The notes: generated by a model from the letters alone, not told the origin. Positions 17,587 to 27,391 are shown, counted from the first letter of the stretch. The stretch is DNA of 34,308 bases from Klebsormidium nitens (GCA_000708835.1 DF237727.1:1-34308), one strand, 5' to 3'. A program made the numbers and translations.

Positions 17587-18987
17587 ATGGCGAAGCGAGG
17601 GCCGAGAAAGATCCACTTCCAGCACTTTCCCACCGACGTGCAAGCTCTGGTGCTCAGCAAGCTGGAGCGCCCAGATGACCTCGCGAACGCGCTGTACGCT
17701 CTGGCTCACCCGGGCAAGGTCGGCAGGGACGTGACTCAGCGAGAGGCACACACGTTCGTCGAGCGCTTCGTCTCCTCGGACGCGCCCAATCCATGGCGCC
17801 CCGTGCTGCGAGCTTCCCTGGACGCCACGGGAACGGCGGCCTTTACCAGGCTCCGGAAGCGAATGGGAGGCATGGTAGGAGAGGCAGGTTTTGCGGTCAC
17901 CCGTGGTCAACTGGGCCCGATTCGGACGGCGATCGAGAGGCGGGGCGACGAGCTCGAGGTACGGGACTCGGCCAAGAATGCCAGGCTGGACTCGGAACTG
18001 CTGCTCTTCAACCGCATCGGCTCCCTCCGCCAGGGCTGGGAAGATTGGTCCCGCAACGCCGTGGATCCGCAGTACGTGGATGTCGGGGAGATCTTCGTTG
18101 CGACCGGACGTGGGCGCTGCGTGGGCGTCGCAAACGCGGCACGTAAGGCTCCGCAGGAGAAGGCCTTGTGCAGGCCGCTTAATCTGCCCCAACAGCTGGC
18201 CGTGAACGCGTGCGAGGGGATGGTGCAGATCATGAGCTCCCTCAGGATCAAGCTGGTCATAGACATCACCATGTCGGAGGCCGTCTACGAGGGCATGTTC
18301 CACTTCCCGCACTCCCGAGAGATCGTCAAAGAGGGAGAGAGGACGGTGGCGCGCTTCGTGGTCTGCATGATATTCGACCACAGGCGCTGTAACCCTTGCG
18401 CGGCGGCGCACGAGAAGCTGGAGTACGAGCTGCAGAGCGACGGGACCCTCCTGTACAACGTCTGGGGAGTGCACCACGCCGACGTCGACATCCTCTCGTG
18501 GAGAGGCACGGACCCAAATACGGGTGCCCTCTTCGACACTGCGCGGTCGCGCGAACTGTTTGCAAAGGGACTCGAGAAGCTGATCACCAACATCCGACAC
18601 CCAGACCTCGGGCAACACAAGCTGGAGGTCTGGGGCTGTCGCACCATGGTGCAGATCGAGACGAAGGAGCTCGGGTGCCCCATCTTGCAGGATCGCATCT
18701 CTTCCATACAGGAGGTGGAGGAAGATTTCCTATCCGATGACGAGGGCGACAGCCTCTACGTCAAGCTGGACTGGGGGCGTCTCTTCCGCATCCTGATCAT
18801 CCAGCAGACCCTGGGCCCGAGCACGCTGAGCTTCGGGTTCCTCAGGGAGCCGTGCGGCCTCGACACGGAATGGTGCCACTGGATGCACGGCTGTTCTAAG
18901 ATACCCACCGCTAAGTTCGGGGCACGCATGCAGGAGCTGCTAGGCGGAGCGCGCGTAGGCAGGAAGAAGCGCAAGCGAGTAGCCTGA
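17587..18987 (+). CDS. Hypothetical protein with an F-box-like N-terminus and a C-terminal NLS-like tail
   Basis: First ATG at 17587; FQHFPTDVQALVLSKL is F-box-like; ends in RKKRKR. Confidence 0.65.
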   Translation: MAKRGPRKIHFQHFPTDVQALVLSKLERPDDLANALYALAHPGKVGRDVTQREAHTFVERFVSSDAPNPWRPVLRASLDATGTAAFTRLRKRMGGMVGEAGFAVTRGQLGPIRTAIERRGDELEVRDSAKNARLDSELLLFNRIGSLRQGWEDWSRNAVDPQYVDVGEIFVATGRGRCVGVANAARKAPQEKALCRPLNLPQQLAVNACEGMVQIMSSLRIKLVIDITMSEAVYEGMFHFPHSREIVKEGERTVARFVVCMIFDHRRCNPCAAAHEKLEYELQSDGTLLYNVWGVHHADVDILSWRGTDPNTGALFDTARSRELFAKGLEKLITNIRHPDLGQHKLEVWGCRTMVQIETKELGCPILQDRISSIQEVEEDFLSDDEGDSLYVKLDWGRLFRILIIQQTLGPSTLSFGFLREPCGLDTEWCHWMHGCSKIPTAKFGARMQELLGGARVGRKKRKRVA

Positions 18988-19014
18988 AACATTCTCTGAG
19001 ACAGAACGTAGGAT

Positions 19015-19534
19015 ATGGCAGAAAGGAAAGCAATACTTGCTCATCGACAATAGGTCCAGAGACGTGACCCTGGATGTTCAAGAGTCTAAGAACGTGGGTG
19101 GCAACGCCGCACCATTTCAATATGCATTGTCTCTCAGTAGTCTGGGCGTCGGCCCTATCACGAACGTAAAGAGTCTGACGATCAAAGCCGTCACCATGGC
19201 CCGCCCTCAGACCGAGGATTGGGTCAGCCTGTACATAGAACCTTCCCTCTCCAGCAACGTGTATTGCACCGACGATGGGACCACCAATGCAACCATGATC
19301 ATCGCATTCGAAAACTATTTCGCAGACAATTCAAGCGTATGCGTTAGAGCAGATAACTTATTCGGTGCCACTCAAGTATTCGTGCCACCTCTTCCCAAGT
19401 TGGATAGGTTGAACGTGACATTCAAGAAATTCGGGGGGTTACCCCTCACCGAAACCGACTTTCGGAGAGCGAATACAGACATCGTTCCTTTCTGGGACAG
19501 GCACACTATATTCATGGAGATAGTCACATCTTAG
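19015..19534 (+). pseudogene. DUF5901/penton-like giant-virus protein with a probable 1-nt frameshift near the start
   Basis: LLIDNRSRD...FQYAL.....ITNVKSLTIKAV...PPLPKLDRLNVTF. The only ATG nearby (19015) is out of frame by +1; removing one A from AGGAAAGC gives MAERKQYLLIDNRSRD. Confidence 0.6.
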
Positions 19535-19897
19535 CTACACCCCTAGCTTCAACCAGTCCCTAGCCTTATTCAACTGTCTCTTCAAGTCGGCCACCTCCTG
19601 CTGGTGCTGTTGCATGAGCCACTTATAATGCTCCTTTGCGATCTGGTGATGCCCCACCGCAAGATGCTTCCTAGCCTCTGCCTCACTAGCGCACCTCTTG
19701 AGTGTCCCCAGCTCCCTTATCAGCCTCTCCGTCTCGCTATTCAGCTCCGAAGCTCTCCGTAGCTCGGCTCTCAGCTGCTCGTTCTCCTCCAAAGCTGCAT
19801 CCCGCTCTTTCTCCACCCCTCTGAGCTGCTGCAGAAGCTCCTTCTTCTCTCTTTCCAGCAGAAATCTCCTCGCCAATTCTTCTGCCAGTGCTGCCAT
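19535..19897 (-). CDS. Coiled-coil hypothetical protein, 120 aa
   Basis: ATG ORF rich in E/L/R/K heptads. Confidence 0.65.
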   Translation of the reverse strand: MAALAEELARRFLLEREKKELLQQLRGVEKERDAALEENEQLRAELRRASELNSETERLIRELGTLKRCASEAEARKHLAVGHHQIAKEHYKWLMQQHQQEVADLKRQLNKARDWLKLGV

Positions 19898-19903
19898 CAG
19901 CCC

Positions 19904-20437
19904 CTAATACCTTGCACTGTGGTTGATCAAATACCTTTCTTCCAGAGGCTTGTACTTTGCGACTGCTTCCCTGAGATTGATGTTGCTAATCAGCTGCCGA
20001 ATGTGCAATTCACTGCGCGTGAAAGGGTCTATGGGCGTTGCTGCCAGCCATCTGATGATGTTCTTCCTGTCGAAGCTCTGACCGGAGATCGGACTGATCA
20101 CCGGATCGTCCAACCATCCACCTGAAATCGGGCAACGAAATGGTTCGGGAATATCCTCTCGGGCGGCGATGTTGGCTTCCTGAATCTGAATGATTCTATC
20201 GTATGCCTTTCTTCCGAGCATGCCCCAATCAGCGAGTTCACCATCAAGTTTCATCGACTCCAACGCCTGCTGCAGTCGCTTCAAGACGCCTCTTTCGCTT
20301 ACGTCATCTAGATCGGCAGCACGTACTTCAGCGACTGTCGTCAGTCCGGCCCTCTGGAAGAGTTCGAGCAGTCGGCCACGGCCCATTATCTTCAAGTCGA
20401 CCAGGTCAGCACTTCTGGGCATGTTTTGTTGTACCAT
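19904..20437 (-). CDS. U-box domain protein (E3 ubiquitin ligase-like)
   Basis: IPEPFRCPISGGWLDDPVISPISGQSFDRKNIIRWL....DPFTR......LISNINLREAV is a U-box. First ATG at 20437. Confidence 0.85.
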   Translation of the reverse strand: MVQQNMPRSADLVDLKIMGRGRLLELFQRAGLTTVAEVRAADLDDVSERGVLKRLQQALESMKLDGELADWGMLGRKAYDRIIQIQEANIAAREDIPEPFRCPISGGWLDDPVISPISGQSFDRKNIIRWLAATPIDPFTRSELHIRQLISNINLREAVAKYKPLEERYLINHSARY

Positions 20438-20794
20438 CTCTGACAAAAAGGTTTGAGTCGTTTACAACCGTCCGATACGAAAAGTGAAGGCACACAGGTA
20501 CGAAAGGGCTACTTTCATCATAGTGTCATCTGCTGACCTGTATATGACGTCACTATCGTGCTAATCCCACGTGAATATCTAATCGGACGGCTGTCCATCC
20601 TGTCGCTGAGTTGTCAAACCCCCAGGCTTCTAGGGCAGTCCTTTCGTGGATATCAGGGCAGTCCTCCTGGAAGGTCTTCGGAAACCTATAAAAGCAAAGT
20701 TGGGGCTGGTGCTTTCATTCATTTTCAGGAAGTCCACATCCTGCCATCAGCAACCATTTTTCCGTCTGCCGAATACAAGCCCTCCAACAGAATC

Positions 20795-20962
20795 ATGCCT
20801 GAAAAGGCCCCCATGACTGGTGACGCCGCATCCAGGATCCAGTCGGCCACCGCAAAGGCTGGTGATGGAGGGGTGTCAAAGGGTAGCTTTGCGGCAAGGG
20901 CTCAAAGTGCGGCTGCTACCAATGTCAACACCGGCGTGTCCCAGCCTTCTGGAAAGAAGTAG
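20795..20962 (+). CDS. Small SMP/LEA-like (seed maturation protein motif) peptide, 55 aa
   Basis: MT..AASRIQSA.....G.V.KGSFAARAQSAAA.N motif. Followed by a GTAAGT donor and CTAAC...TTCAG branch/acceptor signals, so it looks host-like. Confidence 0.65.
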   Translation: MPEKAPMTGDAASRIQSATAKAGDGGVSKGSFAARAQSAAATNVNTGVSQPSGKK

Positions 20963-21172
20963 CTGCCGCGTAAGTATATCTTTGGGCATCTCTCTCAAGA
21001 ATCTGCTTGTCAACTCATTTATGCATCCTGTCTATGATATGCACCGTCTGAACAGGAAGCCTGAGCTAACCATGTGATGCTCTCTATGTTCAGGACCTTT
21101 CGGTTCTTGAGTCCTGTGGGATAGTTTGGGTGGACATTGTGAAGCTCCAGTAGAGGCGGAATGCACCGCACC

Positions 21173-21254
21173 ATCTCAAGAACTGTAGGGTCCTGAGGAA
21201 GCCTGAGCTAACGATGCGTTCCTTGTTTCTTCAGGACCTTACAGTTCTTGAGAT
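21173..21254 (+). ncRNA. 24-bp near-perfect hairpin (pre-miRNA/siRNA-like candidate)
   Basis: Arms 21173-21196 and 21231-21254 are complementary with one G-U pair; 34-nt loop. Confidence 0.35.
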
Positions 21255-21411
21255 AGTCCCACGGCATCGAGTACTCAGCAGGGTTGGTTGGAGATTGTAA
21301 TGCTCAGTGGAGGCGGATTGTACTTGAGGTATGAGGGACATATGACGCTTTGATTGGCAAGTACCAGGATAGTCGCATGGCCCAGACATGTTCTTGCCAG
21401 CAGGGTACGTA

Positions 21412-22281
21412 CAGTCTGTTCAGANNNNNNNNNNNNNNNNNNNNNNNNNNNNNNNNNNNNNNNNNNNNNNNNNNNNNNNNNNNNNNNNNNNNNNNNNNNN
21501 NNNNNNNNNNNNNNNNNNNNNNNNNNNNNNNNNNNNNNNNNNNNNNNNNNNNNNNNNNNNNNNNNNNNNNNNNNNNNNNNNNNNNNNNNNNNNNNNNNNN
21601 NNNNNNNNNNNNNNNNNNNNNNNNNNNNNNNNNNNNNNNNNNNNNNNNNNNNNNNNNNNNNNNNNNNNNNNNNNNNNNNNNNNNNNNNNNNNNNNNNNNN
21701 NNNNNNNNNNNNNNNNNNNNNNNNNNNNNNNNNNNNNNNNNNNNNNNNNNNNNNNNNNNNNNNNNNNNNNNNNNNNNNNNNNNNNNNNNNNNNNNNNNNN
21801 NNNNNNNNNNNNNNNNNNNNNNNNNNNNNNNNNNNNNNNNNNNNNNNNNNNNNNNNNNNNNNNNNNNNNNNNNNNNNNNNNNNNNNNNNNNNNNNNNNNN
21901 NNNNNNNNNNNNNNNNNNNNNNNNNNNNNNNNNNNNNNNNNNNNNNNNNNNNNNNNNNNNNNNNNNNNNNNNNNNNNNNNNNNNNNNNNNNNNNNNNNNN
22001 NNNNNNNNNNNNNNNNNNNNNNNNNNNNNNNNNNNNNNNNNNNNNNNNNNNNNNNNNNNNNNNNNNNNNNNNNNNNNNNNNNNNNNNNNNNNNNNNNNNN
22101 NNNCGGATACTTGCTTTCGGACGCATTGTTTCGGATACTTGCTTTCGGATGCTTCCGCTGTGATATGCCTTTCGGATGCTTCCGCTGTGATATGCCTTTC
22201 GGATGCTCCGATGCTCCCAAGCTCTCGGACGAGACCTTCGGACGCCGATTTCTCGCGTGCCATTTTATTCTGGACAAAGTG
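21412..22281 (-). mobile_element. Second insertion of the same TIR/TA element family; interior lies in the assembly gap
   Basis: TA|CAGTCTGTTCAGA at 21410-21424 is identical to the start of the 7207 TIR up to the gap. GCGTGCCATTTTATTCTGGACAAAGTG|TA at 22255-22283 resembles the 10635 TIR. Confidence 0.8.
22103..22207 (+). repeat. Subterminal tandem repeats of element 2
   Basis: 27-bp unit TTCGGATGCTTCCGCTGTGATATGCCT at 22144-22170 and 22171-22197 plus a partial third copy; CGGATACTTGCTTT also occurs twice. Confidence 0.85.
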
Positions 22282-22448
22282 TAATATTCTGCTGCATAGA
22301 AAGGGGACAGAGAGTGATGCGAAACATGTATCCTGGCCATTGTTGAAAGTCTGTATCAGTCATCTTTTGCTGATTACGCTGCATTGCATTGTGCTCGACG
22401 GGGGTGTAAGGCTTGAAAATAATAATCTTGCTATATAGTACCCTTGGC

Positions 22449-23390
22449 ATGCGAAGTCAGCCACAATGTAGCATTATATGCAAACCCTTGGTTCTCTTCG
22501 CCACCTTCGCTACCCTCGCGCTGATGCCGAATCATGTCCTGTGTGGAAGGATGTTAAGATCCAGTGATGGTTTCGAGACGTGGACCGATAAAATAGGTGA
22601 TGCTAATGCTACGATGCCCGAACGGAGGAGTACTCTTGGCTTTGGTGATTCTGCTCCCGTCACGGTGACTTTCTACTCTAGCCCCGGCATGGACTGTGCG
22701 ACCGGCAACGGTCAGTGCGGGTATGGTTCGGACGTCAATGGAGATACGGACTTTGTCAAGACCAGCTTGTACCCTCTGCATGTCGCTTCTGGGAATTATG
22801 ATTTTTTGGGAGGTTGCTCGAGTTGTGGAATTCTGTCATACAACGGTAAATCACGAGGGTATAGTGTGACCGATATCACTGATGCCATCGATTCTCTCGG
22901 TGACCGTGCCTGGCCTCCTCAGGGAAGTCACATAGACATGTGCTGCAATGAGTTTGACTGGTTCCAAAGTCTCAGAGACGGAAGTGGTAACGTCAACTGC
23001 AACAACGGTGGCATCTTCACGGGGTCATGGACGCGCGTGCCATGCGAGAGTCTGGGAAGCCCAAATTATCCAGACAACGACCATTTCGTGGTGCGCACCG
23101 AAGCTTGGAACAGGTGGGCCAAGGCGATTGTGCCATCACGACTTCACGGTGTAGGAGAAGTCAAGCAAGTCGACTTCGAAACGCGTAACGGAGGGTTCAA
23201 GAAGGGAGAGAAGGTTGCAGGTTGGGGGGGTTGGTACACGCCGAATGGAGACCTCTCCGGTCAAGGAGGCGTCAATCTCATCATCACCATGGCAGATGGA
23301 AGCGTGGTGAAAACCGTTGATTTCCCAATGCCCTCATTTGAAGTGTGGAAGACTGGCGATGTTTATGATATTCCATACCCAACCGTCTAA
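22449..23390 (+). CDS. Secreted expansin-like protein (DPBB/GH45-like domain plus probable CBM63-like domain), intronless
   Basis: Hydrophobic signal-like N-terminus; TFY, GNGQCGYG, CSSCG, TD, HIDM (HFDL-like) and WTRVPC motifs in expansin order. Confidence 0.65.
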   Translation: MRSQPQCSIICKPLVLFATFATLALMPNHVLCGRMLRSSDGFETWTDKIGDANATMPERRSTLGFGDSAPVTVTFYSSPGMDCATGNGQCGYGSDVNGDTDFVKTSLYPLHVASGNYDFLGGCSSCGILSYNGKSRGYSVTDITDAIDSLGDRAWPPQGSHIDMCCNEFDWFQSLRDGSGNVNCNNGGIFTGSWTRVPCESLGSPNYPDNDHFVVRTEAWNRWAKAIVPSRLHGVGEVKQVDFETRNGGFKKGEKVAGWGGWYTPNGDLSGQGGVNLIITMADGSVVKTVDFPMPSFEVWKTGDVYDIPYPTV

Positions 23391-23404
23391 GCTACCGTTT
23401 CCTT

Positions 23405-24828
23405 CTAGGTAGAGTCGTAAAATAATTTCTCTTCCACGAACGATTTTTCTGGGATGTTTGCTACATGGTACAGGAAGCGATCTACCAACTTCGACACCCT
23501 ATTCTCGTAGTCCTTCTTGTCTTTCAAGAGCATGGCGCCATTGGCCTTATGAAGGCCGAAGCACGAGTTTCTGCGCGCCCCCTGCTCATCTACATATCCG
23601 TCCGGATTGAAACGAAGCATGACGGTAGGCCGGTTCGCCACGGACTCCAATATCATCATGTTCCGCTTGTTCTCGCATGAGTACGAACCCTAAAACCCCC
23701 CTTATGCTGATTCTCGTCGTTCTCTATCACGATGACGTGCGTGAGTAAGTCCACGAAGACGTCGGGGCGGATCGCGTGGCACGTCTCGCCGTCGATCCGC
23801 TTGTTGAAGTCGAGCTCGAACTCCGGCAGCAACTGCTTCAGCTCTTCGCGCAGCGCTCTCTCCTTGGTCAGGCAGTTGTTCACGACGGGGGCGTCCGGAA
23901 AGAGGTGCATCCGGCACGGTAGGCAATACTCGAGATGATTGGCGATCAGTGTATCGCATAGTGCGCCGCTGCATTTTCTGCACGTACTTATCATGTCTGG
24001 TGTCTTATGCTTCAAACATCGCTTCGCTTCGTGTCGCTTTGACCCCACCAGGGCGAATGATGCGATCGTCTGGCAACCTGCTATCTCGCACTTTGTTGAC
24101 TTCACATTGATCATACCCTCGTCTTCATGTTTGTAACAACGCGTGTGCTTAGCCCCTGGCGGCCCGAAGTTTGCCGTCGTAGAACATCCGGGTTCATCGC
24201 AGTAAGTTGCACAAAGATTGGTCATGATGTCGTCTTTGTGCTTAGAGCAGCGCGTCCGATGTCCTCCAAGTAATCCAAACGATGCCCTCTTCTCACAGAC
24301 GGTCACTTCGCACTTTCTGGCACCGAGATCGACCATGTCATCGTCTTTGTGCCTCGAACAGCGAGTCGGCTTCTCTCCAGCACGACCGAACTTGGGTTGC
24401 GTGGAGCACCCGTCGACACCACAGCGCTTCGCACCAAAAAGTATCATCTTTTCCTCCTTGTGCTTCGTGCATCGACACTTCTTCTTTCCAGCGAATCCGT
24501 AAGAAGCAGCCGTGGGGCAGCCCTTGAAGGTGCACCGTGCAGCAGAGAGACATGTCATGCCCGCTTCCTGGTGTTTCGAGCAGCGGCGTCGCGCCTTCCC
24601 CTCGAAGCCGAAGTTTGCAGACTTCCCGCAGCCCTCTACAACACATCGTGTCGCCTTGAAATTTATCATGTCGATAGCCTTGTGGGTGGAGCAGCGTGTC
24701 GCTTTTTTGTTCCCACGCTCTCCGTACGTTGGTTGCTTCTTGCATCCGACTGTTTCACAGAGCCTGCGGGGTCTGGGGTTGCGGGCCATCTCGGACGCTA
24801 CGTGGTATCCTGCCTTACCCCTACCCAT
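23405..24828 (-). pseudogene. EsV-1-7-type Cys/His-repeat protein with a C-terminal PD-(D/E)XK-like nuclease domain, frameshifted
   Basis: Seven roughly 37-aa C...GC...(A/P).(F/Y)G......RC..H....M repeats, then RPDVFVD...VIVIENDENQH; SCENKR...P.VMLRFNPD continues in another frame from about 23686. Confidence 0.75.
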
Positions 24829-24866
24829 CCCTCGCCCTAAATAGAGTCACTTCCGGACCCACGTGC

Positions 24867-25553
24867 CTACCTGAGGTACTCTGGGAGGCGCAGGAAGGGC
24901 AGCCTGACGACCCTGTCCGTCATCGGCGACTTCACCCTCCCTCCTTCGCCGAACCATCTGTAGAGTGACTCCGGCTCGTAGACCCTGTGTATCCTGCCGT
25001 CCCGTACGTTCTCCTGGATGAAATACGCTTGGCTCCGATCCCGAACCTCGTCGTACGCGATGGGGTCGAAGAATGCATCTGCTTCTATCGTGTAGGTCGG
25101 CACGTTCCAGGTTCGGGTATCTATGAATTTTTGCGTCTCCGTCCTGTCATCGTCGGGCAGAAGGGCCTGCCAATTCAGACTGAAATACGGAGGCTTGTAT
25201 GCATCGAAGATCACGAACGTGTCATCCGTCGGCCCAAGTCGCAGCCGACGTAGTTTGATGAGAATGAGTTCGCCAAACTGTTCTAGGATGTCGGGGCTGC
25301 TCAAGCTCGTGACCAGCTCCTCGCCCGTCGGGAAGACTCTCCTTCCTTGACTGGAATACCTTTTGAAAACGAATAGAGGGCTCGGAGCGATGCCATCTCT
25401 GCGCGGTGGAGAGTACTCGCGTTCGACCGAGAATAGCTTGTCGTTCCCGGCGCGGAAGGACAGAGCGAAACGCAACGCGTTCCCCGGTTCTATCTCAGGT
25501 AAATTGTGAAGAAGCTGAAATAGAACGTCACGGGCCGCTCTCTGGAGTGCCAT
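24867..25553 (-). CDS. Hypothetical protein with a degenerate RING/U-box-like C-terminus
   Basis: FFDPIAYDEV...YEPESLYRWF....KSPMTDR resembles the DPI...L..W...SP.TR U-box skeleton. Confidence 0.6.
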   Translation of the reverse strand: MALQRAARDVLFQLLHNLPEIEPGNALRFALSFRAGNDKLFSVEREYSPPRRDGIAPSPLFVFKRYSSQGRRVFPTGEELVTSLSSPDILEQFGELILIKLRRLRLGPTDDTFVIFDAYKPPYFSLNWQALLPDDDRTETQKFIDTRTWNVPTYTIEADAFFDPIAYDEVRDRSQAYFIQENVRDGRIHRVYEPESLYRWFGEGGRVKSPMTDRVVRLPFLRLPEYLR

Positions 25554-25596
25554 ATGTCTAGGTTAGTATATCTCTAGCAAGAAGAATTTGTTGGCT

Positions 25597-26400
25597 TCAG
25601 GGTGGTGCCCAGAACGGCGGGCTGACCTCATCTCGCGATCCATTCGCTCTGATGCGATTTCTATCGTGCAGCACGGGAGGGAAAGGAATATCGGGGCTGG
25701 GAAACATTCTCGGCCGTTGGATCTTCAGACGGTCTGCGAGACCTCTCAAGAGTCTCGTGTGGTTCAAGACAGCTTCGTACGCATTCGTCGAGATCTGGTC
25801 CAACCTGGACACATTTCTATGATTTCCGAAATGTACGGAAGGTACCTCGTCGTCGCTGTCGACCAGTCGCATGGCCATGAAGATTACGCGGGGATTCAAG
25901 TGGCCGATGCGCAGCGCAAACGTTCTCTTGAATCTGGCGATCTCTGCTTGATATGGGTTATCCATCTCATTTGGTCTTCGCAACAAACCCTCTCTGAGGA
26001 TGTAAGCACGTATCGCTGGAAACATTCGTATCTTGTCCGCCAACAAGATCGCCATCTTCTCTTCCAGCACGTTCGCCAGGTATACCCCGGTCTCCTGGTA
26101 TGTCCTTCTGAGAATATCGAAATACTTTTTTTTGGCTGCTGCACGAGATCCCGTAGTCTCCAAGAAACGCGAGAACATGTCTGCATTCTTTTCGGCGTAC
26201 TCCTGTCTCAATTGCAAGTTCTCGCCAGTGCATTTTTCAAGCGCTCTCTCGTGACTCGCGAATTCCTCGAAACCACATGGGCGAGTTTCTTACTGGCCAG
26301 AGCGGCCGGGTATTGAGATCCCGGGGGCATCTTCGCAACGATCTGCTCCAACGATCTGCTCCAGGATCTCGTCCACATACGTCACGGGATGAGCGGCCAT
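25597..26400 (-). pseudogene. F-box-like protein, probably disrupted
   Basis: ATG at 26400 and a 13-bp tandem duplication at 26336-26361. Removing one copy gives VDEILEQIVAKMP....AALASKKLAHVV (F-box-like). A second 1-nt shift near 26220 is needed to join ORF 25597-26217. Confidence 0.5.
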
Positions 26401-26431
26401 ATCAGATATCATTGTTCTACATTTTTTTCTC

Positions 26432-27391
26432 CTACCACGCCCTCCTGACTCGAGCCATCCTCTGCTGCCAAGCTTCGTAGCGCAGGCGATTGACGAGCTT
26501 GCGCTCTTCGGGGAGGACCCATTTCAAATACGTCGCCAACATCTTTCCATCCGCGTTGTAGTCCTGGATGTACCCATGCGTCAGGTGGTCTATAGTGCGT
26601 GCGAAAATCTCTAGTCCCGGGTATCTGGCCGGGTCAAAGCTCCTGACGGCGTCCCGGATGGCGAACGGTAGCAGGAGAGTCATGCCGGCGTCGATTATCG
26701 TGACCTTATCGTTCTTGACGTCGTACAATATGTTGTTCGCGTGGGAGTCTCCGTGAACGAATCCTAGCGACCACATGGAGACGAAGGTCTTCTCCACGGC
26801 GACGTACTGCGTGGCGGTCAGTCCGTTCTGCCTGACGGCGATCGCGTGCAAGGTGTCACCGGGCGCCCTCGTCATGACCTGTATGCTGATAGCCATTCCT
26901 CCGCCAAAGAGTATCCCTGCGTAACAGATCTTAGGGACCAAGTCCTTGCCGCTGACGGGTCCGTACGTCTCCAAGCTTATCAAACCCTGCATCTTCGACT
27001 CCCTCACGAAAGCATCGATAGCCTTCTTATCTTTCACGAGAGCCGTCTTGATCACGCACTGTTCGAAATGGCAATCGGGGTCACCGGTGCGGAATTGCAG
27101 GTCCTTATACATAGCGATGTGGAACTCGGGAGGTAGCCCGTTTGCGGAGTATGCCGTCCCGTATGCGCCTTCGCCGAGCCATTTGATCATGGGCAGGTAC
27201 TCGTACGGGACCGATGCGATATTCATCGCGAGCGCGATGAGATTGGGGAGCTTTCGGAAGGACGGGGACTGGAAGCCCAGCCTCGTGGCTCTGGCGTTCG
27301 TGTATTGGATGTGCTCATCGAGGTACTCCTCCGGCGTCTTTCTTCCGTTTAGGGTGTAGACGGGCGACTCGTACATATGAGACGCGGCCAT
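26432..27391 (-). CDS. Viral-type Ser/Thr protein kinase, 319 aa
   Basis: LGEGAYGTAY, VIK, RE, HGDSHANNILY and IIDAG motifs; divergent chlorovirus-like kinase style. Confidence 0.85.
   Translation of the reverse strand: MAASHMYESPVYTLNGRKTPEEYLDEHIQYTNARATRLGFQSPSFRKLPNLIALAMNIASVPYEYLPMIKWLGEGAYGTAYSANGLPPEFHIAMYKDLQFRTGDPDCHFEQCVIKTALVKDKKAIDAFVRESKMQGLISLETYGPVSGKDLVPKICYAGILFGGGMAISIQVMTRAPGDTLHAIAVRQNGLTATQYVAVEKTFVSMWSLGFVHGDSHANNILYDVKNDKVTIIDAGMTLLLPFAIRDAVRSFDPARYPGLEIFARTIDHLTHGYIQDYNADGKMLATYLKWVLPEERKLVNRLRYEAWQQRMARVRRAW

Noticed and set aside
21275-22438. Six long ORFs across the N run
   Set aside because: Artefacts of translating assembly-gap Ns.
23692-23698. G GGT TTT slippery heptamer as a programmed -1 frameshift joining the nuclease halves
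   Set aside because: It is in the right phase, but the next codon in the -1 frame is TAG, so slippage there terminates translation.
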